From: Alphaproteobacteria bacterium
Lineage (GTDB): Bacteria; Pseudomonadota; Alphaproteobacteria; Rickettsiales; SXRF01
Reading direction: 5' to 3'
Assembly (NCBI GenBank): GCA_039808985.1
Contig: JBDHUC010000004.1
Span: 26,050-90,049 of the forward strand
Length of the DNA: 64,000 bases
The translations under genes were made by a program, and so were the position numbers. Numbering within the stretch: position 1 is the first letter of the stretch; each line of letters opens with the position of its first letter. The notes under the pieces are model-generated. The model had not been told where the DNA came from. It searched no databases and saw only the letters and a list, made by a program, of their open reading frames with translations. This document shows positions 28,147-37,220 of this stretch, piece after piece.

Positions 28147-29669
28147 TGCCAATATCTCAAAAACAATCCGAAAAGCCAGCAAAACTATTGCATCCCAAGA
28201 CAGCAATGCAATTTGTCCGCTTGTGGGAAATCCCCGGCAGCGATCATTTAATTAACGGCAATGCCGATTTTCCTAACATATATGCGCGTCAAGACAGGCT
28301 GGTCGGGCAGGTAATAGATGCTTGTATAGCATTGCATGTTTATGAGCAGATTAAAGCCCATGCCAGCTACAACTCATTAAAACCCCTTTTATCTGATAAT
28401 TTCAGCGAAACGCAGTTTGATAAGTTGGCAAAACTCCCCGATGATAAACAAGCACCCGGCGGAAGTGAGCTTTTAAAGGCAATTATTGAACTATCGCAAA
28501 ATAAGGGAAAGGATAAGGGATTAAAAACCCATTCCGACCTGGTAAGCAAAAAAGAATGGAAATCTTATATAGATGAATTCAGGGAATATGAGAAAAAATA
28601 TATAGAGTGGAAAGTAGATGCCTATTCTAAGAAAGATGCTATAGAGCAATCTGAATCTCCCTCCTATTACACTTCTGTTAAAAACAAAAAAATAACAATT
28701 AATAAAGCCCCTGAAAGGCCTGAAGACCCAAGGGTCACAAGAATAAACAAAGAAATTGCCCAAACTATAACTATATTAGATCCAGGCCCCAAGGCAAAGG
28801 ACTCAATAGAAGCAAAAGCATCAAACAGGGGTAATGCAGAAATAACCTCGTTTCGGGATTTAAACCGTATCGGCGTCTTGCCAACCGAAACAACCCATGC
28901 TGATGATTTTATAACGATAATCGCAAATTTAAATCCCCCTAAATCTGTAAAACAGAATCAAGTGCCGCGTTTTTTTGAAGAGCAGGCCGAAATATTTGAC
29001 CACGGATATTTTAATAAAAAACTATTTGTGGCGCTCGACAGGTGCAAAGAGCGTGATGGCGGGGTTACTAATGGCAATATAGCCTCTATAGCCGAAATAA
29101 AAATAGTGCCCGCCAAGATGCTGGATGCAGAAAAATTAACAGCGATAACCAAACCTCTGCGTGATATGCTGGCCAGGCCGGAAATATATATTTCCCATAG
29201 CGACACGGATGTGACACCTCAAGTGAACAGAGGCAAATTAAAAACCGACTATGAAGCTAAAAAGGCTGATTTTATAAGGCTGTCAGAAAAACTGGGTGTG
29301 CAGTATAAATTTCCTGAATTTAATATACGCGAACCTAACAATCCGGGGTCCTATAGGGATTTAAGGCAGGAGTTCAATAAATTATCCACACGTATACACG
29401 TAGATGCTATCAAAAAAGAAAACCGGACATGGCAGGAAGAATATCTGAAAACTGCAACAATTCAGGATCTGGCCGGAAGCAATGAACAATACCTGGATAG
29501 AATAAACCGCAAACTGTCAACCAACCTGCCGCGTACTGATAAGATGGAGCATAGCTGGTTAGAAGAAATTGCCCATTCAGTTAATCTTGACTTGAAAGAG
29601 ATAACAAGAAAACTAAGGGAAGAATTCAAGCTAGGTAAGATGACAGCAACATCTTCCCGCCAAAGATAA
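28146..29669 (+). CDS. hypothetical Lys/Glu-rich protein (507 aa)
   Basis: Long uninterrupted ORF coupled to the 77-aa ORF. No signal peptide, TM segment or recognised domain. Basic C-terminus (KLGKMTATSSRQR). Confidence 0.55.
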   Translation: MPISQKQSEKPAKLLHPKTAMQFVRLWEIPGSDHLINGNADFPNIYARQDRLVGQVIDACIALHVYEQIKAHASYNSLKPLLSDNFSETQFDKLAKLPDDKQAPGGSELLKAIIELSQNKGKDKGLKTHSDLVSKKEWKSYIDEFREYEKKYIEWKVDAYSKKDAIEQSESPSYYTSVKNKKITINKAPERPEDPRVTRINKEIAQTITILDPGPKAKDSIEAKASNRGNAEITSFRDLNRIGVLPTETTHADDFITIIANLNPPKSVKQNQVPRFFEEQAEIFDHGYFNKKLFVALDRCKERDGGVTNGNIASIAEIKIVPAKMLDAEKLTAITKPLRDMLARPEIYISHSDTDVTPQVNRGKLKTDYEAKKADFIRLSEKLGVQYKFPEFNIREPNNPGSYRDLRQEFNKLSTRIHVDAIKKENRTWQEEYLKTATIQDLAGSNEQYLDRINRKLSTNLPRTDKMEHSWLEEIAHSVNLDLKEITRKLREEFKLGKMTATSSRQR

Positions 29670-29712
29670 TATTCTACTTGAATAAATACGCGTTTAATCG
29701 TGTAATGCTTCC

Positions 29713-31593
29713 ATGACAATGCCTATAGCAACCAGCAAAATATCGCATCTTTCCGGGCAATCACTTCTGGTTTTTGCCTCCCTCTTGGCAATCATGGCTC
29801 ATTTGGTATTGCCCGATAACCAGTGGCGCGAAATTCCGCTTATTATAATAATCGTCATCGGCTCGGTGCCGCTTCTTTGGGATATTGGCAAAAAACTCAT
29901 AAAATTTGATTTTGGAGCTGACATACTGGCTGCCCTGGCACTTATCACCGCTATTGTGCTTGGTGAATATATGACGGCAGTTTTAATAATACTTATGCTG
30001 GCGGGCGGACAAGCATTAGAGAATTATGCTATGCGTAAAGCCTCTTCTGTTCTGCAGGCATTAGCGCAACGCATGCCGGAAACAGCGCAACGTAAGAATG
30101 GCGATAAGATCGAAGCAATAAATATCAGCGATATTAAGATAGGTGATTTTATTGTAGTTTACCCCCATGAAACCTGCCCTGTGGATGGAACAGTGGTTGA
30201 AGGCCACAGCACCATGGATGAATCATACCTGACCGGCGAGCCGTACCGCGTGTCAAAGGCAAAAGGTGCAGGCGTACTTTCCGGCGCGATAAATGGTGAA
30301 GCAGTTCTAACTATCCGTGCCGATAAATTATCGGCTGATTCACGTTATGCAAAAATAATGGAAGTTATGCAGGATGCCGAGCAGAAACGCCCCAACCTGC
30401 GCCGCCTCGGTGACCAGCTAGGCGCGATATTTGCACCACTTGCACTGCTCCTTGCAATATCTGCATGGTGGTATACAGGTGATGCCATACGATTCCTGGC
30501 AGTTCTCGTAGTAGCCACCCCCTGCCCTTTGCTTATCGCCATTCCTATAACAATTATCAGCGCCATTTCCATGGCGGCACGGCTTGGCATAATAATAAAA
30601 GACCCAACAGTTCTGGAACGCCTGCCCACCTGCACTACAGCGATCTTTGATAAAACCGGCACATTAACTTACGGAAGGCCGGAACTTACCGAAATAGCTG
30701 CTGCGCAGGGCATAAGCCGCGATGATGTTTTAAGAAAATCCGCAAGCCTGGAGCGTTATTCAAAACACCCCCTCGCCCATGCTATTTTACAGGCAGCCCA
30801 GAAAAGCAACCTTAAACTTCTTACTGCGCAGAGCGTTTCAGAAAGCCCCGGCCTTGGGCTTTCCGGTGTCGTTGAAAATTCTGAGATAACCATAACCAGC
30901 CGCAAGAAGTTTCTGGCAAAAATGCCCCAATTGGAAAATATACTTCCAAAGCAATCTGCTGGCCTCGAATGTGTAGTTCTTGTTGATGGGGCATACGCCG
31001 CCACCTTCCATTTCCGCGATGCCCCGCGCGAGGAAGGCTTATCCTTCATCAGCCACCTGGCTCCTAATCACCAGTTCAACCGCATAATGCTTGTGTCTGG
31101 CGACCGCGAATCGGAAGTCAACTATCTGGCCGAACGCATGGGCATAACCAAATCACTTGCAGGACAGACACCCGAGCAGAAACTGGCATTAGTGCGCGAA
31201 GAAACTGCAAAAGCCCCCACCCTGTTCATGGGCGATGGCATAAATGACGCCCCAGCCCTTGCTGCCGCCACAGTTGGCATAGCTTTCGGTCAGGCCAGCA
31301 GCGTAACTTCCGAGGCCGCAGGCGCGGTAATAATGGAAAACACACTGGCAAAAGTTGATGAGCTTATTCATATAAGCGAATCAATGCGTAAAATAGCCAT
31401 GCAAAGCGCGGTCGGCGGTATGCTTTTAAGCGTTATCTGCATGGGATTCGCAGCAGCGGGATATTTATCTCCGGTTGCCGGCGCAATTGCACAGGAACTT
31501 ATCGACATGGTAGCGATAATATGGGCTTTGCGCCTGACTTTACAGGGAAAAATCGAGGCTGACATAAAACTGGGCAAACATCACAAGCATTAG
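29713..31593 (+). CDS. heavy-metal P1B-type ATPase lacking an N-terminal metal-binding domain (TPCP-type TM motif)
   Basis: TGEP, ATPCPLL, DKTGTLT, MVSGD and GDGINDAP motifs. His-rich tail GKHHKH. Confidence 0.85.
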   Translation: MTMPIATSKISHLSGQSLLVFASLLAIMAHLVLPDNQWREIPLIIIIVIGSVPLLWDIGKKLIKFDFGADILAALALITAIVLGEYMTAVLIILMLAGGQALENYAMRKASSVLQALAQRMPETAQRKNGDKIEAINISDIKIGDFIVVYPHETCPVDGTVVEGHSTMDESYLTGEPYRVSKAKGAGVLSGAINGEAVLTIRADKLSADSRYAKIMEVMQDAEQKRPNLRRLGDQLGAIFAPLALLLAISAWWYTGDAIRFLAVLVVATPCPLLIAIPITIISAISMAARLGIIIKDPTVLERLPTCTTAIFDKTGTLTYGRPELTEIAAAQGISRDDVLRKSASLERYSKHPLAHAILQAAQKSNLKLLTAQSVSESPGLGLSGVVENSEITITSRKKFLAKMPQLENILPKQSAGLECVVLVDGAYAATFHFRDAPREEGLSFISHLAPNHQFNRIMLVSGDRESEVNYLAERMGITKSLAGQTPEQKLALVREETAKAPTLFMGDGINDAPALAAATVGIAFGQASSVTSEAAGAVIMENTLAKVDELIHISESMRKIAMQSAVGGMLLSVICMGFAAAGYLSPVAGAIAQELIDMVAIIWALRLTLQGKIEADIKLGKHHKH

Positions 31594-31691
31594 GTCGTGC
31601 CGACATTAATAAACCATTGAGATATTCTGGGTTTGTGGTAATATTTACCCATAAAAACCAAAGAAAGTTACCAGGAAAACCAACAGGAACA

Positions 31692-32747
31692 ATGTCCCAT
31701 TTCAGCGCAGAAAATATCGAAGATTACACGCAGGCTCCGCCAGGGCCTTCTCTTTTTTCGCGCATAAAAACAGCGGTAAAAAATCTTTTTGGCTTTAAAT
31801 CTGAGCAGCCCACCGCCCCTCAGTCAGAAACATATGATCTGGTTCGCCGCCCGATAGAATATCTGCCGATTGTAAACAATAACCCGATTCAAGCCGATCT
31901 AAACAAGGCCATCTTAATGGCAAGGGCCAATATACACCCGGCAGGCCTGTCGGAAGCAGACATAAATTCAGTAGCCAGCTATCTTGTTCCCACAGAAATA
32001 AAGCCTGGCGACTCATTAAAGGTTGGGAGCAACGAATCAATCTCCTATGCCGAGCTTGCAAAGGTCGCGCAGAATGTTGAAAATGTAAGTTCAAAAGACG
32101 CTGCTTTCAAAGCCATGCCGCGCATCTTCGTTTATCCTCCGTCCCCACCCCAGGGCAGCAGGGAGGAAGCCATACTTGATAAGCTTAATATAGCCCCTGA
32201 CAATGTCGCCTATTCCTATACCGACTCAATAATAATAAGCCAGGATTTCTCTAATAAAAATAACCGTGAAGGGATAATTTCCGCCTTCGCGCATGAATAT
32301 GGCCACCGCCTTAATTTCGCAACGCAAGGCATAGTAACCGCCGAGTACAACCAGTTCAAACATGCTCAGATGACCGGCAATGACCTTAATAAAATGTATG
32401 GGCAGAAGGAAAAAATAAAATCAGCAATCGACTTAAAAAACAATGAACTGGCTCGCCAGGAAGAAAAAATAGCCGATGATTACGCGGCACTTGCCGGTTA
32501 CGGCGAAGGCATAAAAAAATTCGCCGCCAGCAATCTTATACCGGATTCAAAAACAAGCAGGCACCCTTCTTCAAAAGAACGCGTTGAGAATATTGAAGAA
32601 ACATTGGCCAATCCCCAGTCGGCACTAAGCAAAATAGAAAAAAGCCTGGATAAGTTTAAAAAGCAGATTTTCAGCCGCCCTGCTGCAAGCCATCAGGAAC
32701 TCGTAGCCGCATCATCAGCAAACGCTGATTACCAGCCAGCGCGCTGA
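31692..32747 (+). CDS. putative HExxH zinc metalloprotease (divergent M48-like), paralog 1
   Basis: FAHEYGHRLNF, then EEKIADDYAALAGYG and RHPSSKERVENI. This spacing fits M48 (HExxH ... ExxAD ... HPs..R). ATG at 31692 with AGGAA upstream. Confidence 0.55.
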   Translation: MSHFSAENIEDYTQAPPGPSLFSRIKTAVKNLFGFKSEQPTAPQSETYDLVRRPIEYLPIVNNNPIQADLNKAILMARANIHPAGLSEADINSVASYLVPTEIKPGDSLKVGSNESISYAELAKVAQNVENVSSKDAAFKAMPRIFVYPPSPPQGSREEAILDKLNIAPDNVAYSYTDSIIISQDFSNKNNREGIISAFAHEYGHRLNFATQGIVTAEYNQFKHAQMTGNDLNKMYGQKEKIKSAIDLKNNELARQEEKIADDYAALAGYGEGIKKFAASNLIPDSKTSRHPSSKERVENIEETLANPQSALSKIEKSLDKFKKQIFSRPAASHQELVAASSANADYQPAR

Positions 32748-32841
32748 TTTATAACAATTAATAAATGTTAACCAATATTGACATTTAAGCATTAAATGTT
32801 AGACTCAATGCAATTCATAACCGTATTATATTTGAAAACAA

Positions 32842-33975
32842 ATGGCTGATATAACACTCTTCAGATTAGAAGGCCAGGCGCCGGAACCATCCCTGCTTGG
32901 CTCCCTGATTTCGGGCATAAAAAAATTTTTCAGGCCTACACCGAAAATCCCTGAACCAGCCGTTCCTTATGATGTGGTTCAGGTTCATATACCTTATGCG
33001 GATATAGGCAACAGCAACATATTAAACACCGAAGTGTATAGAAATAACCTTAATGAGGAATTAAGCAAGGTTGCCAACATAGAAAATGCTGACTTGAGAA
33101 ATATCAGCCCTGAATCAATCAATGAGGCTTTTTCCGCCAATGCGCCAAGACGATTAAAACCCGGCGAATCCATAAAGGTTAAGGATGGCGAAATTTCATA
33201 CGAAGAACTTGCTGAAATAAAGCGGAATGTTGACAATGTAAGCAGTAACGATGCTTTTTTAGGCAAGAAAATGCCTGAAATATTTGTCTTCCAGAATTTT
33301 TCTCCGGAAATAACATCCAGGCTTCCGCTGCTGGAAATTTTAAACGAAGCCACAGGCAATAATTTACATTATTACGTTCATTATGATTCGGTATTAGGCG
33401 GACAGGAATTTTTTGCAAACCGTACAAAGGATGAAATCAAGCACGCTTTCGGGCATGAAATAGGCCATCGCATTGCAAATGCCACACAGGGGCTGAATAT
33501 TATCAATTATAACCCGGAAAAGCACGCCGCCATGATGGGTGAAGACTTTAGCGGAGTCTGCGGAAATCCCAATCATCTAAACAATAGTTATGATTGCCAT
33601 CAGCTAATAACAAAACTAAACGGCGAGAGCGACAAAGTTATTGGGCAGATAAGGGAAAAAACAAATGAACTGCAACGGGAGCAGGAAAACCTCGCCGATA
33701 AATATTCCGTGCTTGCTGGTTATGGAGATGGTGGCATCAGCTTAAATCTACACGACTATTTTGGTCAGGCAGACGGCTCTCACCTCCCTGGCAAGGAGCG
33801 CCTCAAAAACATTGAGGCTATCATGGCTGACCCGGCAGCCGCCAAAGAAAAGCTGGAATCTGAGCTTGCCCAACTAAAAAGACCAATATTACCGGTGCAG
33901 GAAGCTGAAACAGGCCATAAATCCCCTCTCCCTCCTCAAGCATCACTTGCGGATCAGGTGATACTGGAACGCTGA
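32842..33975 (+). CDS. putative HExxH zinc metalloprotease (divergent M48-like), paralog 2
   Basis: FGHEIGHRIAN, QENLADKYSVLAGYG, SHLPGKERLKNI. Colinear similarity to 31692-32747 over the full length. Confidence 0.55.
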   Translation: MADITLFRLEGQAPEPSLLGSLISGIKKFFRPTPKIPEPAVPYDVVQVHIPYADIGNSNILNTEVYRNNLNEELSKVANIENADLRNISPESINEAFSANAPRRLKPGESIKVKDGEISYEELAEIKRNVDNVSSNDAFLGKKMPEIFVFQNFSPEITSRLPLLEILNEATGNNLHYYVHYDSVLGGQEFFANRTKDEIKHAFGHEIGHRIANATQGLNIINYNPEKHAAMMGEDFSGVCGNPNHLNNSYDCHQLITKLNGESDKVIGQIREKTNELQREQENLADKYSVLAGYGDGGISLNLHDYFGQADGSHLPGKERLKNIEAIMADPAAAKEKLESELAQLKRPILPVQEAETGHKSPLPPQASLADQVILER

Positions 33976-33977
33976 TT

Positions 33978-34328
33978 TTATTTTACCTGCGCTGGCCTGG
34001 AGTCCGCATCAACCGTAGGATGCTTGCACTGTATTACCATAATCCGGTTATGGGTAGTGGTTGTAGTTGCAGTAGATACCGCAGAAGATGATTTAACATT
34101 AGTAACCGTTCCCGCTTCGCCGGTAACCTCAAGAACTTCATAACCAAGGTCTTCACAGATAATACCGGCCTTCTGGTAACAATGCCCCCAGTTCCTGTCA
34201 AGCCCTGAGCAGTTTATTGCATAGCCGCGCTTACCGTCGGCGGTATATATCCGGCTCGACCCGGCCTCATGGCCGCAACCACTCACAAGCAACGCCGCAA
34301 CCAGCAATATAAGTGTTTTTCTATTCAT
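33978..34328 (-). CDS. small lipoprotein
   Basis: MNRKTLILLVAALLVSGC lipobox. The ORF-track extension to 34388 overlaps tRNA-His and was trimmed to the ATG at 34328. Confidence 0.65.
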   Translation of the reverse strand: MNRKTLILLVAALLVSGCGHEAGSSRIYTADGKRGYAINCSGLDRNWGHCYQKAGIICEDLGYEVLEVTGEAGTVTNVKSSSAVSTATTTTTHNRIMVIQCKHPTVDADSRPAQVK

Positions 34329-34355
34329 AAAATACATCCTGACCCTTATAGAGAA

Positions 34356-34433
34356 TGGGGCGAGTGAGGGGACTCGAACCCCCGACATCCAGAATCACAA
34401 TCTGGCGCTCTAACCAACTGAGCTACACCCGCC
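34356..34433 (-). tRNA. tRNA-His (GTG), with encoded G-1 and 3' CCA
   Basis: Reverse complement GGCGGGTGTAGCTCAGTTGGTTAGAGCGCCAGATTGTGATTCTGGATGTCGGGGGTTCGAGTCCCCTCACTCGCCCCA folds as a cloverleaf. The anticodon loop is TTGTGAT. Confidence 0.9.
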
Positions 34434-34440
34434 ATAACCA

Positions 34441-34463
34441 GCAAATCCATCAGTGGGATTTGC
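34441..34463. repeat. Family-B solo hairpin next to the tRNA-His 5' end
   Basis: GCAAATCCATCAGTGGGATTTGC. The same stem occurs at 241-260, 59385-59406 and 61082-61101. Confidence 0.75.
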
Positions 34464-34573
34464 GACTTAAAACCTAGTAAATTAAGGTAAGGCACTAGGA
34501 ATTAGGCACTGCGCGGCCAAAAGTCAATTAAAAAGTCGTTTTTCAGGGATTAACTCATTATATTTTCTCCAGC

Positions 34574-34662
34574 GTCATCCCGCAAATGCGTAAGCATTGC
34601 GCAGGATCTCGGGATTATTGATACAGATCCTGTGCTACGGCTTCGTCGCCCGCAGAATGACT
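34574..34662. repeat. Family-C double-hairpin element (inverted orientation)
   Basis: GTCATCCCGCAAATGCGTAAGCATTGCGCAGGATCTC...GATCCTGTGCTACGGCTTCGTCGCCCGCAGAATGAC. Confidence 0.8.
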
Positions 34663-34682
34663 GCAATGCCCAGCCCCTAAGC

Positions 34683-35180
34683 TTAATGCGCCGAAGAAAA
34701 ATGCGCGCGCAGATGAGCAGCCACATTCGGCGACACGAATGATGATATATCGCCGCCTAATCTTGCTATCTGTTTAACAAAGCGCGAAGAAATAAAATGC
34801 GTATCTTCCGATGCGGTCAGGAATACCGTTTCCACATCAGGTTTCATCCGCGCATTCATGCATGCCATCTGGAATTCATATTCAAAATCTGAAATAGCGC
34901 GCAAACCTCGTATCACCATATTAGCGCCAACCTCTTCGGCAAAATTCACAAGCAGCCCGGAGAATGTTTTAACTTCAACCCGGTGCGCTTCCTTGCCAAG
35001 CGAAGCCAGGTCAGACTCCACCAGTTGCCCACGCATAGCAAGGTCAAACACCGGTTCTTTTCCGGTATCCAGCGCGACAGCTACTATAAGCCGGTCCGTC
35101 ACATTTAATGCACGCCTGATAATATCCATATGCCCAACTGTAATCGGATCAAACGTACCCGGATAAATAGCAGTCCTCAT
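34683..35180 (-). CDS. coaD: phosphopantetheine adenylyltransferase
   Basis: AIYPGTFDPITVGHMDII and ISSRFVKQIA motifs. The ATG at 35180 has GGAG upstream. Confidence 0.9.
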   Translation of the reverse strand: MRTAIYPGTFDPITVGHMDIIRRALNVTDRLIVAVALDTGKEPVFDLAMRGQLVESDLASLGKEAHRVEVKTFSGLLVNFAEEVGANMVIRGLRAISDFEYEFQMACMNARMKPDVETVFLTASEDTHFISSRFVKQIARLGGDISSFVSPNVAAHLRAHFSSAH

Positions 35181-35385
35181 TTTATATATCTCCACCTAAA
35201 AAAATTACTTGTAAAAATGTTGAAAAAAACTATTACAGATTCATATAATCGCACTATGGGTTTTTCGCAATCAAGCATAATGATTTATAAAAATTATTTA
35301 ACTAAGAAAATTTTTCTTTATCTTAATATAAATAAAAATAATTCGCTTGCCTAACCCCTTCAAATATATTTTATCATATCAATGT

Positions 35386-35400
35386 AGGAAAAATTTTCCT
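35386..35400. promoter_or_regulatory. Perfect 7-1-7 palindrome upstream of fliF (candidate operator)
   Basis: AGGAAAAATTTTCCT lies about 140 nt upstream of the fliF ATG in an AT-rich intergenic region. Function unknown. Confidence 0.2.
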
Positions 35401-35538
35401 CATGTTAACACATTGTAAACACTATTGGGTTATTGTGAGGAAATACAAGGCTTACACAAGGGTCAATCCCTGCCGGTATTATAAATAACGCATATGGACT
35501 TGCTGTAAAAATATAAATTTGGGGAAGAATAAGGCGCT

Positions 35539-37197
35539 ATGGAATCAGTAATGGAAGGCATGAAAGGTTTAGGTAATTTTCGCGCAAGATTGCTGATAGC
35601 AGTCGCAATAGTTTTACTGGGATTTTTTATGATGATGGCCTTCCGTATTTCCAGCGCGGGAATGTCACCTATCTATACCGGCCTTTCAATGGAGGATAGC
35701 GCCAAGGTAGTTGCCGAACTCGAAAAAAACGGCGTTCCATATGAAATATCCGCTGGCGGCTCCCAGATTTCCGTTCCTTCCGACCGCGTTTTGCGCCTGC
35801 GCCTGTCAATGGCGGAGCAAGGCGTTCCCTCAGGCGGCTCTATAGTGGGATATGAAATTTTTGATCGCTCGGAAAGTTTTGGCAGTTCTAATTTTGTCAT
35901 GAACGTGAATATGCTGCGTGCGCTTGAAGGCGAACTGGCGCGCACCATAGCCTCCCTGAATGGTGTTGATACCGTGCGTGTACATCTGGTTATGCCCAAG
36001 CGCGAATTATTCAGCCGCGAAAAGGAAAAGCCAAGCGCCTCAGTTGCCATTAAAATGCGCAGCGGTGCAACCCTGGAGCATCAGGAAGTAACCGCCATAA
36101 CCCACCTTATAGCTTCTGCTGTTCCAGAACTTGAGCCATCGAAGGTTACAATTATTGATAGCCACGGGAAACTACTCGCGCGCGGCGATGGAAATGATGG
36201 AATGGACGGCGCATCCCTCTCTTCTGTTGAATATAAAACGGCCTTTGAGAACCGCACCCAGCAAACCCTGGAAGAATTACTGGAAAAAGTTATCGGTGTT
36301 GGCAAGGTTCGCGTTCAGGTAGCGGCCGATATAAATTTCGACCGCATAGTAACCAATTCCGAAAAATATGACCCGGACGGACAGGTTGCGCGCTCGGTAC
36401 AATCCAACAGCCAGAAGGAAAATTCCAGCGATAAAACCGGCAAGGACAATGTAAGCGTTGGCAACAACCTGCCACAATCTACAACCGGAAATGAAGGGGC
36501 GTCAGGAAGCAACAAAACTGTTGAAAGCTCCGATGAAACAACAAATTATGAAATCTCCAAAACAGTCCAGAACCATATCAAGGAAGCAGGCAACATAAAC
36601 AAGCTTTCGATTGCGGTACTGGTTGATGGGACCTACCCGGAATCCGCCGATGGCAAAACCACATACACCCCGCGCACCGAGGAAGAACTGAAACAACTTA
36701 AGGCGCTGGTAAGTTCAGCAGTTGGTTATGACGAGAAGCGCGGCGACAAGATCGAGCTGGTTAATATGCGCTTTACACAGGATGCGCTGAATATCGGCGA
36801 AACCTCATTCTTCGAGCGCTTCAAACTTGAAGTGCAATCAGTTATCCAGACCCTTATAATCTCCGTGGTCGCAATACTTGCTATTTTGCTGGTGCTGCGC
36901 CCGGCTGTTGCTAAAATGGCAAGACAGATACAGCCTCCAAGCGAGCGTGTTGCCAATGAAATGGCAATTCTTGGTGGCGGCGCCCCTGTGGAGCGCATAG
37001 GAAGTGACGGCGGTTCAGGCGGCGGCGGGGGTGCCCCTGACGGCGGGTTTGAGCCGCCTGCTGAATCAATGATAAATGTTGCAAATATCAAAGGCGGCAT
37101 GAAATCATCATCAATGTCCAAGATAAATGAGATAGTGGAAAAATATCCTGAAGAGACCATGGGCGTTCTTCGCCAATGGATATTGAAACAGACCTGA
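35539..37197 (+). CDS. fliF: flagellar MS-ring protein FliF
   Basis: N-terminal TM helix, YscJ/FliF domain (PIYTGLSMEDSAKVVAELEKNGVPYE), C-terminal TM helix. 552 aa. Confidence 0.9.
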   Translation: MESVMEGMKGLGNFRARLLIAVAIVLLGFFMMMAFRISSAGMSPIYTGLSMEDSAKVVAELEKNGVPYEISAGGSQISVPSDRVLRLRLSMAEQGVPSGGSIVGYEIFDRSESFGSSNFVMNVNMLRALEGELARTIASLNGVDTVRVHLVMPKRELFSREKEKPSASVAIKMRSGATLEHQEVTAITHLIASAVPELEPSKVTIIDSHGKLLARGDGNDGMDGASLSSVEYKTAFENRTQQTLEELLEKVIGVGKVRVQVAADINFDRIVTNSEKYDPDGQVARSVQSNSQKENSSDKTGKDNVSVGNNLPQSTTGNEGASGSNKTVESSDETTNYEISKTVQNHIKEAGNINKLSIAVLVDGTYPESADGKTTYTPRTEEELKQLKALVSSAVGYDEKRGDKIELVNMRFTQDALNIGETSFFERFKLEVQSVIQTLIISVVAILAILLVLRPAVAKMARQIQPPSERVANEMAILGGGAPVERIGSDGGSGGGGGAPDGGFEPPAESMINVANIKGGMKSSSMSKINEIVEKYPEETMGVLRQWILKQT

Positions 37198-37220
37198 CAA
37201 ATAGAATAAGGCATTAAACC

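Noticed and set aside
34329-34388. N-terminal extension of the lipoprotein ORF to 34388
   Set aside because: The extension overlaps tRNA-His on the same strand. The internal ATG at 34328 gives a canonical lipoprotein signal peptide.
35196-35538. Sigma-54 (GG-N10-GC) promoter or CtrA box upstream of fliF
   Set aside because: No TGGCAC-N5-TTGC-like match was found by eye. The only TTAA-N7-like site (TTAACACATTGTAAA, 35405-35419) has a degenerate second half. That is insufficient to call.
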